Assembly: GCA_026397315.1 (NCBI GenBank)
Contig: JAPLVC010000005.1
Coordinates: 2,088-66,087 of the forward strand
DNA: 64,000 nucleotides
Direction of reading: 5' to 3'
Origin: Candidatus Aenigmatarchaeota archaeon
GTDB lineage: Archaea; Aenigmatarchaeota; Aenigmatarchaeia; QMZP01; QMZT01
A model generated the notes under the pieces. That model did not search any database. It was not told the DNA's origin and saw only the letters and a program-made list of their open reading frames with translations. The position numbers and the translations under genes were made by a program. Shown in pieces: positions 35,191 through 43,074 of this stretch (positions are counted from its first letter, which is position 1; every line of letters starts with the position of its first letter).

Positions 35191-36673
35191 GGAAAGAAAA
35201 ATAATAGAGGATTACAGCATAGATTATCAGAATGTATCGGCCTCCGTTAAAATATATCACGACCCGCAGGAGTACGTTCCTATTTATGATCTCAAATACC
35301 CCAAGATAGAGGAAGCTACCTGGGCGATTCTCGACTCCATCAGGGAAAAAATAGTCACCGAGCTCGCTTTCAGGACGGACGACATTCTGAGCACTGAAGA
35401 AACCGGGGACGTCAAGAAAAAATTCGTGCAGAAGGCCACCACCCTTATCCATGCGGAACTACCAAGCCTGTCGAAAAACGACGTCGACATACTTGTCGGC
35501 ATTCTTTCACAGGAATCGCTTGGCCTGGGCCCCATAGAATTCATGCTTAAAGACAATGACCTCGAAGAGATAGTCATAAACAACGCCAAGGAACCTATAT
35601 GGGTTTACCACAGGACTTACGGCTGGCTGAAGTCGAACGTAATACTGAGCGACGAAACCAAAATATACAATTATTCCGCCCAGATAGGCAGGAAGGTCGG
35701 GACCCAGATAACAAATCTCAATCCCCTCATGGACGCTTATCTGACGACAGGCGACAGGGCCAACGCGACACTTTTTCCAATATCATCAAAGGGCAACACG
35801 CTGACGATAAGAAAATTCGCCAGAAGGCCATGGACCATAACGGATTTCATAGAAACGAATACCATAACCCCGGACGTCGCCGCGTTCCTTTGGCTGGCTA
35901 TACAGTTCGAGATGAACATAGTATGCACCGGCGGCACGGCTTCGGGCAAGACGTCTTTCCTCAACGTCCTTTGCATGTTCATCCCGCCGAGCCAGCGAAT
36001 TCTATCCATCGAGGATACGAGAGAAATTCAGCTTCCACCATTCCTTCACTGGGTCCCCATGACTACGAGGCCGCCGAACATCGAAGGCAAAGGCGAGGTC
36101 ACGATGCTTCAACTCATGATAAACGCGTTGAGGATGAGGCCAGACAGGATGATAGTCGGCGAGATACGCAGGTCAAAAGAGGCAGAAGTCCTGTTCGAAG
36201 CTATAAACACAGGCCACTCTGTTTATTCAACACTTCACGCCAACACCAGCGAAGAAACGCTCAAGCGTCTCATCAACCCGCCCATAAACATCCCCATATC
36301 GCTTCTCACGTCGCTCCAGCTGATAGCGGTCATGCACAGGGACAGGCGCAGGAGAATAAGAAGGGTCCTGGAAATAACCGAGCTCATACCTTCCGGCGGG
36401 CTGGACGAAATGAAAATCGAACTGAACAACGTGTTCAGGTGGATACCATCCAAGGATCAGATAGTCGAATGGGGCAAATCGAACCGCGTCCTCAATGACA
36501 TCAAGCTATTTTCCGGGATGGAAGACAATGAAATAAAGAAAAACCTCGAGGAAAAAAAGAGCATCCTCGTGTGGCTGGTGAAAAACAAAGTCAACACGAT
36601 AGACAAAGTCGGCAGGACTATATCCGATTACTACAAGGACCAGGAAAAGATTCTCAGGATGATAAAGAAATAG
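35114..36673 (+). CDS. type IV pilus/archaellum-type secretion ATPase (ArlI/FlaI/PilB-GspE family), copy 1
   Basis: 519 aa. It has Walker A GGTASGKTS, SIEDTREIQL, an Asp/His-box-like IVGEIR and TGHSVYSTLHA. The only ATG start overlaps the upstream gene by 77 nt. Confidence 0.9.
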   Translation: MIKKIPRFPQKGSKETGESQPENRPEERKIIEDYSIDYQNVSASVKIYHDPQEYVPIYDLKYPKIEEATWAILDSIREKIVTELAFRTDDILSTEETGDVKKKFVQKATTLIHAELPSLSKNDVDILVGILSQESLGLGPIEFMLKDNDLEEIVINNAKEPIWVYHRTYGWLKSNVILSDETKIYNYSAQIGRKVGTQITNLNPLMDAYLTTGDRANATLFPISSKGNTLTIRKFARRPWTITDFIETNTITPDVAAFLWLAIQFEMNIVCTGGTASGKTSFLNVLCMFIPPSQRILSIEDTREIQLPPFLHWVPMTTRPPNIEGKGEVTMLQLMINALRMRPDRMIVGEIRRSKEAEVLFEAINTGHSVYSTLHANTSEETLKRLINPPINIPISLLTSLQLIAVMHRDRRRRIRRVLEITELIPSGGLDEMKIELNNVFRWIPSKDQIVEWGKSNRVLNDIKLFSGMEDNEIKKNLEEKKSILVWLVKNKVNTIDKVGRTISDYYKDQEKILRMIKK

Positions 36674-36678
36674 GCCTT

Positions 36679-37260
36679 TTACCTGTACATCGTCTGGATG
36701 TTCTCAAATCTGGGCACAAATATTCTGTATTTGTCCTTATCTTCGAGCTCCTCTAGAATTCTCTTTATAATCATTTTTTCCGGGTCGGGCAGCATGCTGA
36801 CACGCTTCTTCAGGTCTTCAAAACTCGCGAATATGTTTTCTTTTCTCGCGGAAAGTATTTCCCATAGATGTTTCTTGCCTATGCCAGGAAGCAGTTCCAG
36901 CTGATGGAGCCTGGTCGTTATGGGTCCGGCTTTGTTAAAGAAATCCAGAAACTTCTGCGGCGTGGATTTGACTAAGCTCTCGACTATGTCCGTCACTTCT
37001 TCCTTTGATGCGGTCGTCAGGTCTTTGTAATCTATCCTTCTCTTGATGAACTTGACCTCGTCCCTTTTGCCGTCGCCAATATAAACAGAAGTACCGACTT
37101 TCAGGTAAACTCCTTCCCTGACTATCACCTCGAGCAGTGAAAAATACAACTCCCCTATCACCTGGGCCACGGGTTGCGAAACTTTCATGCCGTAATATCC
37201 GTGGGGAAGATAATCTAGCACTATCGCCTTCTCATCCTTCTTGATTTCTCTCTGAATCAT
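36679..37260 (-). CDS. DUF655-family nucleic-acid-binding protein (OB fold plus HhH)
   Basis: 193 aa. AIVLDYLPHGY and LELLPGIGKKHLWEIL (HhH) are typical. It sits in the conserved archaeal eL21-RpoF-DUF655 gene order. Confidence 0.8.
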   Translation of the reverse strand: MIQREIKKDEKAIVLDYLPHGYYGMKVSQPVAQVIGELYFSLLEVIVREGVYLKVGTSVYIGDGKRDEVKFIKRRIDYKDLTTASKEEVTDIVESLVKSTPQKFLDFFNKAGPITTRLHQLELLPGIGKKHLWEILSARKENIFASFEDLKKRVSMLPDPEKMIIKRILEELEDKDKYRIFVPRFENIQTMYR

Positions 37261-37306
37261 CCTTCCGCTCCCTTTTTTATAAAGTTAGAATGCGTCTTTA
37301 AAAGCG

Positions 37307-37633
37307 CTACTTGTTGTCTTTTATAATTTTGATTATTTTTTTCTTGTCGTCCTCTGTCAAAACTAGTCTGTCATTGGCAAACAGAACCCTGATGTCGTTC
37401 TGGTTGTCAGGCAGGAAATTTATTATGTTGACTATGTGCCTCTCCTTGAGCTTTTCTATGCCCCTGAGTTCCTCTATCATCTTTTCGTATTTCTTGTCCG
37501 GGAGCTTGCAGAATTTTCTAAGGTGATCGAGAGCATTCTTCTGTTCATAGACGAGTTCCTTCTTCTTCTCGCTTTCAGAAAGTATTTTCTTGGCATCTGT
37601 CCAGCTCGTCACTTTTTCATCTTTAACATTCAT
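37307..37633 (-). CDS. rpoF: DNA-directed RNA polymerase subunit Rpo4/F
   Basis: 108 aa with a helical Rpb4-like pattern (ALDHLRKFCKL...HIVNIINFLP...IRVLFA), positioned between eL21 and DUF655. Confidence 0.8.
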   Translation of the reverse strand: MNVKDEKVTSWTDAKKILSESEKKKELVYEQKNALDHLRKFCKLPDKKYEKMIEELRGIEKLKERHIVNIINFLPDNQNDIRVLFANDRLVLTEDDKKKIIKIIKDNK

Positions 37634-37641
37634 GAAACCAC

Positions 37642-37929
37642 CTACTTTTTCAGGACCAGATGCTCCGGCCTGGATATTACTTCTTTCAGGCTGTTGCCTA
37701 TCCTTATTTGCACCACGTACGCGTCCCCTCTCCTTGCTTTTATCACTCCGGTCAAGCCCTTGAATTTGGGGAAGGGCATGCCCTTGTGCGATGAGGGATT
37801 GGGCTTCAGCGTCACTCTGTCTTTTATCTTGAATTCCGTAAGATATGGCGTGACCTTGAACTTGTGCCTGAGGGTTTTCTTCAGCTTCCTTCTCGTGGAT
37901 CTCCTGAATCCCATTGTCGCTCTTACCAT
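37642..37929 (-). CDS. rpl21e: ribosomal protein eL21
   Basis: I take the ATG at 37929 because the longer ORF begins with TTG. MVRATMGFRRSTRRKL...HKGMPFPKFKGLTGVI matches the L21e SH3-like core. Confidence 0.9.
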   Translation of the reverse strand: MVRATMGFRRSTRRKLKKTLRHKFKVTPYLTEFKIKDRVTLKPNPSSHKGMPFPKFKGLTGVIKARRGDAYVVQIRIGNSLKEVISRPEHLVLKK

Positions 37930-37933
37930 ATTA

Positions 37934-39097
37934 TCATCCTTTTTTGATGCCAATCAGGTCGAATTCCTTCATATGCGCCTGGTTTTCAAGCAGTTGCGAT
38001 ATTGAAGGTTTCGTCCTGCCGCCGTCGCCGGTTATGAGTTCCTGCAGGTATAAGCCGGACTCTGCGGTTATATCAAATTGGTATCTTTTAGTATTAATCC
38101 TTTTCCATTTTATATTTTTAACCTTTTTATGCTTTGTTTTGTCGGGTTTTGCCCCCAGAATCCTGTTAGGCGTCCGCTGTTTTATGGCGCCTACTATGCC
38201 TTTGAGGCGCTCCGGTTTTTCCACGGGCGTCTCGAAATCCACTACAACTCTGTAGACTTTGAATGGATTCTGTGCCTTTAGCTCTGCCACTTTTTTTCTG
38301 GTGGAAAGGCGGAGTCTGGCAACCCTTACTTTAGCGCTTTTGTTTATGGCACTTTCCATCTTTTTAAGAGGCAATTTCCTCATAAGCGGCTGCTTCAGCT
38401 CAACGATGAACGGTCTCCATGCCAGGCATCTGGCATCCCTGTCCTCCCTGCCTTGCGCGTGCAGCACGTGTTCCCTTGATTTAGTCACCTTCATGAGCGG
38501 TCTGGCTATGATGTCCTCCACGGAGTCTTTGAATTGTCTCGAACTCGTCTGCGGGAGGCCGCGAACGAGCTTTTTATATTCACCGTAGATAAACAATGGG
38601 TTGTAAAAAATCTCGGCACTCATTTTCTGGACGTCGAAAGTTATGATTATGTTTGGGTGTTCGGTGTCCTGTTTCTTGCCGGTTTTATGCACTATTAGTT
38701 TTCCGAGCTCCCGCGCTATCTCGGTCTTCAGTGGCTCGCAGTATTTTATGCCGATTTTCCCCCAGAGCGCCTCCTCCTTCATGACGAGCGAATCGCTCAT
38801 TCTGACGCCTATCATGAAAGTCGAAAAACCGGCAGGTTTAATCTTTTTAACAATATCTGAAGCGGTTGTCCTGATGCCGGCTATTGTGTTTTCGCACAAC
38901 GGGCACGAAGCATCTTTGTGATCGGCTGGCAGCGCACGCCCGTCTTTACCTATCATGGTGCGTATCTTCCTACCCCTTTCGCTATTGTCCGCCGCTCTGA
39001 TGACCCTAGTGAATTGCCTGCCGAGGCATGAGTCGCACACGTCCCCCGTCTCAAAAATTTTCAGAGCTAGCGACATTATCTCTTTGGCGTTTTTCAT
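37934..39097 (-). CDS. pus10: tRNA pseudouridine(54/55) synthase Pus10
   Basis: 387 aa. It has an N-terminal Zn-binding CDSCLGRQF...CPLCEN, a THUMP-like middle and a C-terminal catalytic domain (EDRDARCLAWRPFIVE). Confidence 0.9.
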   Translation of the reverse strand: MKNAKEIMSLALKIFETGDVCDSCLGRQFTRVIRAADNSERGRKIRTMIGKDGRALPADHKDASCPLCENTIAGIRTTASDIVKKIKPAGFSTFMIGVRMSDSLVMKEEALWGKIGIKYCEPLKTEIARELGKLIVHKTGKKQDTEHPNIIITFDVQKMSAEIFYNPLFIYGEYKKLVRGLPQTSSRQFKDSVEDIIARPLMKVTKSREHVLHAQGREDRDARCLAWRPFIVELKQPLMRKLPLKKMESAINKSAKVRVARLRLSTRKKVAELKAQNPFKVYRVVVDFETPVEKPERLKGIVGAIKQRTPNRILGAKPDKTKHKKVKNIKWKRINTKRYQFDITAESGLYLQELITGDGGRTKPSISQLLENQAHMKEFDLIGIKKG

Positions 39098-39121
39098 AAT
39101 ACCATCTTGTCCGCCTTGTTT

Positions 39122-39877
39122 TTAAGTTATTTTAAGGCCGAAAACCCCGATCGCGTTTTCCTTGGCGGCGCGCAGGATGTTCTCAACGCTGTCGCCTCTC
39201 AGCTCCGCTATTTTGGCTGCGGAAAGCTTTATGTTCCAGGGGTAGTTGCGCGGGTCCTGCTCTTTGTTTGGCGAAAGGAATGGGGAATCGGTCTCCAGAA
39301 GCATCCTGTCGAGCGGTATGTCCTTTGACATCTTGCGTATGTTTTTTGAGAAAAGCACCATGGTGGAAACTGATATGTAAAACCCGCGCTCCGTTATTTC
39401 TTTCGCCAGCTCTCTGGATCCGGAAAAGCAGTGAAAAACCGCTTCGACTCCCGCGTCCTTAACCATCTGGAAGCACTCATTTTCAGCGTCCCATGAGTGT
39501 ATGACCAGCGGCTTTCCGATGGTTTTAGCAAGCTCTATGAAACGCGAAAATATCTCCTGTTGTTTCGCCTGTTTTGATACATCCTTCTCCCAGTGATGGT
39601 CAAGGCCAACCTCGCCCACGCCGACGATCCTGTCCGAGTTTGCCTTTATGAGGTTCATTATTTTTTCAGGGTTCTCGCCGCCTTCAGTTGGATGATAACC
39701 GAGCGTCGGGAAGACGAAGCCGTGGTTTTTTCTGGACAGTTCCAGTGCTTTCACACCTTCGTCGTATCTGGCCGTCCCTACTATGACTGCAGACATCTCC
39801 CTGCGGCATCTCGCCAGTATTTCATGCATGTCCTTGTCGTAATCACCGAAACACAAATGGGCGTGAATGTCAATCAT
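39122..39877 (-). CDS. tatD: TatD-family metal-dependent hydrolase/DNase
   Basis: 251 aa with MIDIHAHL, GEVGLDHHW, PLVIHSWDA and ETDSPFL motifs. Confidence 0.9.
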   Translation of the reverse strand: MIDIHAHLCFGDYDKDMHEILARCRREMSAVIVGTARYDEGVKALELSRKNHGFVFPTLGYHPTEGGENPEKIMNLIKANSDRIVGVGEVGLDHHWEKDVSKQAKQQEIFSRFIELAKTIGKPLVIHSWDAENECFQMVKDAGVEAVFHCFSGSRELAKEITERGFYISVSTMVLFSKNIRKMSKDIPLDRMLLETDSPFLSPNKEQDPRNYPWNIKLSAAKIAELRGDSVENILRAAKENAIGVFGLKIT

Positions 39878-40700
39878 GTGCCATCCCTCCGAAAAAATAA
39901 ACCAGCGCCTCTTCTATGTTTTTGACTTCCTTTATTTCAATGCCGGCCTCTTTGGCTATATCGATACTGACCGGCACTTTCTCCGTGGTGCATACTGGAG
40001 CGGGACCTGCCTGCTCGCAATATTTTCTGGTCTCATAAATTATTTCAGTGCCCTGGCCGCTAGGCACGAGAAGCGTGCTCGCGCCGGTTTCCTTCGCAGC
40101 TTTTGCTTTCATTAGCACGTGGCTGACCGGACCTATTGTGCCATCGTGATTTATTGACCCGGTTATCATGACACGCGTGCCGACGTCTTTATGTATTAGT
40201 GAAGCTATCGTGGCTATCGCTAGCGCAGCGCCTGCCGACGGGCCTTCGACGGATGTTGAGTTTGTCTCAATATTGTATATTATATCATATTTTGAAAGGT
40301 TCACGCCAGTTATGTTTGAGGCGACTTTGCTTGAAATGCGTATTGAGTTCTGGATGTCAGTCCAGAAAAGCATTTTGTCTATGTTGGCCAGAACCCTTCC
40401 ACTGCCTTCCATCGTCTGGACAGTGAGTGTAGTTATCATGCCCATATCATCGTCGTCAACTGCAGGAACGAGTATTGACGCGAACGAAGCGTTGGTGCCA
40501 TAGTCAACCGGTTTGTAAGGGGTGTAATTTATATCTCCGGCGAGCCTTGTTTCATCGCGGTATATTATCAGCGTCTTGTTTGTGGCGCCGATCATGTAAC
40601 CGGCCAGGAATATTGCGGCTGCAAAAAATATTACAGCGTATTTTCTGGTCTTGCTGTCCGGCTTCTTTTTTCTCACGGCGTCCTTCCTGTATTTATACAT
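39870..40700 (-). CDS. membrane-anchored Lon-type (S16) serine protease domain protein
   Basis: 276 aa. An N-terminal TM helix is followed by a Lon proteolytic domain with catalytic Ser in VEGPSAGAALAIA and Lys in VLMKAKAAKETGASTLLVP. Confidence 0.75.
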   Translation of the reverse strand: MYKYRKDAVRKKKPDSKTRKYAVIFFAAAIFLAGYMIGATNKTLIIYRDETRLAGDINYTPYKPVDYGTNASFASILVPAVDDDDMGMITTLTVQTMEGSGRVLANIDKMLFWTDIQNSIRISSKVASNITGVNLSKYDIIYNIETNSTSVEGPSAGAALAIATIASLIHKDVGTRVMITGSINHDGTIGPVSHVLMKAKAAKETGASTLLVPSGQGTEIIYETRKYCEQAGPAPVCTTEKVPVSIDIAKEAGIEIKEVKNIEEALVYFFGGMAHD

Positions 40701-40724
40701 AAAACCACGAGAGCGCTACGGGTC

Positions 40725-40738
40725 TATATATTTAAATA
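40725..40738 (+). promoter_or_regulatory. TATA-like box for the SRP RNA gene
   Basis: TATATATTTAAATA lies about 20-30 nt upstream of the predicted SRP RNA 5' end. Confidence 0.5.
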
Positions 40739-40756
40739 CGGCCTCTCGGATTATTA

Positions 40757-41041
40757 ATGCAGGGGCCTCCAACCATGGGGCTAGGCCTACCGTACCTTCG
40801 GGTGGCAAACGGTCTTCACGGCCGGTTGTAGTTTGCGGATGGTTTTGCGTTGAACTGCAAAGCCCTGACTGCCAACGTAGAAGCCTTGTCCTGCAGGATC
40901 ATCTTCATGACGAACCGGGTCAGGGTCGGAAGACAGCAGCTCTAAGTCATGTCGGCGGTGCTTGCAGGGTAGCAGGGTGGAGAAGGCAATCAGGTTAACT
41001 TTCGGTTTTGTGCAAAGTCTACCGCAAACATGTCCCTGCAT
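40757..41041 (+). ncRNA. ffs: signal recognition particle RNA (archaeal 7S RNA)
   Basis: This GC-rich island lies between protein genes. It has an Alu-domain-like 5' element GGGGCTAGGCC, and a helix 8 signature CAGGGTCGGAAGACAGCAGC (40918-40940) with the opposing GGTGCTTGCAG. The 5' ATGCAGGGGC pairs with the 3' GTCCCTGCAT. Ends are approximate, within about 10 nt. Confidence 0.85.
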
Positions 41042-41092
41042 CCTGTTTCGCTAGTGCGGACCGCTTTTTATATGCGAATGCAATATTTTAAT

Positions 41093-41971
41093 ATGTCTTC
41101 CATTTACAGAAAAATTTCCCTGCTTTTTTTCGGAGGGATGGTCAACAAAAACATAGAATCTTTCAGGCCACTCGAGCCGCACATAAGAAACGCCAACATG
41201 AAAATCCTGCTGAAGACGTGGGTGAGCATGCTCTTCTTCTCGACGGCAATCGCTTTTATTGTGTCTTTCACCGCTATATACATCCTGCTTTCATACGTTT
41301 TCCAGGTGGAGTTTTACATATACATATTCAGCGTCATATTCTTTCCCGTGTTCGTCGCATCGCTAGTATTCATATCGTTTTACCTGTATCCGGTTCAGAA
41401 GGAGCGGTCGAGGCAGAAGTCTATTGAGAACAACCTGCCTTTCGCTATAACTCACATGGCCGCTATATCATCATCTGGCATACCCACAGAGTTTATGTTC
41501 GAGCTGCTGACGGGTTTCAAGGAATACGGAGAGATAACACAAGACGCGAAGCTCATAATGCGCAACATAAAAACGTTCGGCATGAGCTCCGTTGACGCGA
41601 TGAAGGAAGTCGCCGATCGTACGCCATCGCAGGCTTTCAGGGAATTACTGCTCGGCATAGTCAACACCACAGAGACCGGCGGGGATATGATAGAATATCT
41701 CCACGGCATGGCGGAGAAGGCACTTTTCGATTACAGAATAAAGAGGGAGAAATATCTCAAGACGCTTTCTACGTATGCCGACATATACACCGCCCTGCTG
41801 GTTGCCGCGCCGCTGATGATGCTGTCAATGTTGGCATCGATGAGTATAATAGGTGGCAGTGTAATGGGCCTTACCATAGAAGAACTGATATTGCTCATGA
41901 CGTGGGTTTTGCTGCCCGCGATGAATACGGGATTCCTGGCATTCATCCATGTCACATATCCTGGTGTGTAA
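41093..41971 (+). CDS. type IV pilus platform protein, TadB/TadC (T2SS F-domain, ArlJ-half) homolog 1
   Basis: I take the ATG at 41093, downstream of the SRP RNA. It has two N-terminal TM helices, a cytoplasmic helical T2SSF-like domain (LPFAITHMAAISSSGIP...) and C-terminal TM helices. Confidence 0.8.
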   Translation: MSSIYRKISLLFFGGMVNKNIESFRPLEPHIRNANMKILLKTWVSMLFFSTAIAFIVSFTAIYILLSYVFQVEFYIYIFSVIFFPVFVASLVFISFYLYPVQKERSRQKSIENNLPFAITHMAAISSSGIPTEFMFELLTGFKEYGEITQDAKLIMRNIKTFGMSSVDAMKEVADRTPSQAFRELLLGIVNTTETGGDMIEYLHGMAEKALFDYRIKREKYLKTLSTYADIYTALLVAAPLMMLSMLASMSIIGGSVMGLTIEELILLMTWVLLPAMNTGFLAFIHVTYPGV

Positions 41972-41972
41972 A

Positions 41973-42830
41973 ATGGAAATAAGCAAGACGTTCGTATTTG
42001 AACTATTGTTCATATGTGCAGGAACAGCAATATTGCTGCTGAATTTTTTTGTAATCGGAAACATATTTCCTTTCATAATGCCTCTGTTCAATGTCCTTGG
42101 GGCGCTGGTGGCGATAGTGCCTCCCTTTCTCATTTTCTACGGCCGCTACAGGGTCAGCAAGGAAATAGAGGAGCAGTTCATCATCTTCATAACCGACCTG
42201 ACTGAATCGATAGATTCAGGTATGACTCTTCCCATAGCCCTCAAGCACATAGGCAAGAAGGACTTCAGATCCATGTCCCCCTTTGTCCACGAGATAGCGA
42301 GCAAGGTGGAGTGGGGCATACCTTTCGAGAAGGCGCTAAAGATATTTTCCGAGAAGGTGAAGTCGACTCCCATCAGGAGGTCCGTCAGCACCATAATAGA
42401 AACCTATAAGGTTGGTGGCAAGATATCCGACACACTGAGAGCTATAGGCCAGTCTCTTATCGAAATAAACAAAATACGTCAGGAGCGTTCCGCATCGGTG
42501 CAGTCTCAACTCGTGACCTCATACCTGATATTCTTCGTCTTTATCTTCATTCTGGTCGTACTGAAAACGTTCCTGATACCCAGTTTCGGCACCATGCAGA
42601 CGACCCCGTCGCTTCTCGGTGAAGAACAAGCCCCCGTGTCAACGCCGGCCGAGATGTATAACCAGGCTTTCGTCAACTTCATCATTGTCCAGGGTTTTTT
42701 TGCCGGCCTTGCTACCGGCAAGATGGCCGAAGGCTCCATCGTGGCTGGGTTAAAACACAGCATAGTGCTGATAGTGGTGGGCTATACTATATTCTCCCTT
42801 CTCGGCCAGATACAGATATCAATCTTTTAA
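41973..42830 (+). CDS. type IV pilus platform protein, TadB/TadC (T2SS F-domain) homolog 2
   Basis: I take the ATG at 41973, 1 nt after the upstream stop. It has the same architecture as the preceding gene (FITDLTESIDSGMTLPIAL...). Confidence 0.8.
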   Translation: MEISKTFVFELLFICAGTAILLLNFFVIGNIFPFIMPLFNVLGALVAIVPPFLIFYGRYRVSKEIEEQFIIFITDLTESIDSGMTLPIALKHIGKKDFRSMSPFVHEIASKVEWGIPFEKALKIFSEKVKSTPIRRSVSTIIETYKVGGKISDTLRAIGQSLIEINKIRQERSASVQSQLVTSYLIFFVFIFILVVLKTFLIPSFGTMQTTPSLLGEEQAPVSTPAEMYNQAFVNFIIVQGFFAGLATGKMAEGSIVAGLKHSIVLIVVGYTIFSLLGQIQISIF

Positions 42831-42869
42831 ATACTTATAGTGAGGAATAAGTAATATTGCGGTGAAATT

Positions 42870-43070
42870 ATGGGAAGGATAAAAACGATTCCTATCAAGT
42901 CACTTGGAGACCGTCTCCTTGAAGAACATGCTGACAAATTCACGACTGATTTTGAAAAGAACAAGAAAGTCATTGACAGCTTGAAGGACATGACATCCAA
43001 GAAGATGAGGAACATACTTGCCGGATACATAACCAAAGAAGTACAGAAAATGAAAAAGGCCGGTCAGTGA
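42870..43070 (+). CDS. rps17e: ribosomal protein eS17
   Basis: 66 aa. MGRIKTIPIKSLGDRLLEEHADKFTTDFEKNKK matches the S17e N-terminal domain. GGTGA lies upstream. Confidence 0.9.
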   Translation: MGRIKTIPIKSLGDRLLEEHADKFTTDFEKNKKVIDSLKDMTSKKMRNILAGYITKEVQKMKKAGQ

Positions 43071-43074
43071 TTTT

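Noticed and set aside
35599-36498. A 299-aa Arg/His/Gln-rich ORF on the plus strand.
   Set aside because: It is an alternative frame inside the well-supported pilus ATPase gene. Its composition (runs of R, H, Q, P) is typical of an out-of-frame shadow ORF.
40651-41092. ORFs 40651-40998 (+), 40787-41041 (-) and the first 21 codons of 41030-41971.
   Set aside because: They overlap the SRP RNA gene. Their Arg/Gly/Cys-rich translations reflect GC-rich structured RNA, not protein.
41969-41975. The stop between the two platform genes read as a disruption of a single ArlJ-like gene.
   Set aside because: Each half has a complete TM/T2SS-F/TM architecture and its own ATG. Two-gene TadB/TadC-like arrangements are known, so I do not call a pseudogene.
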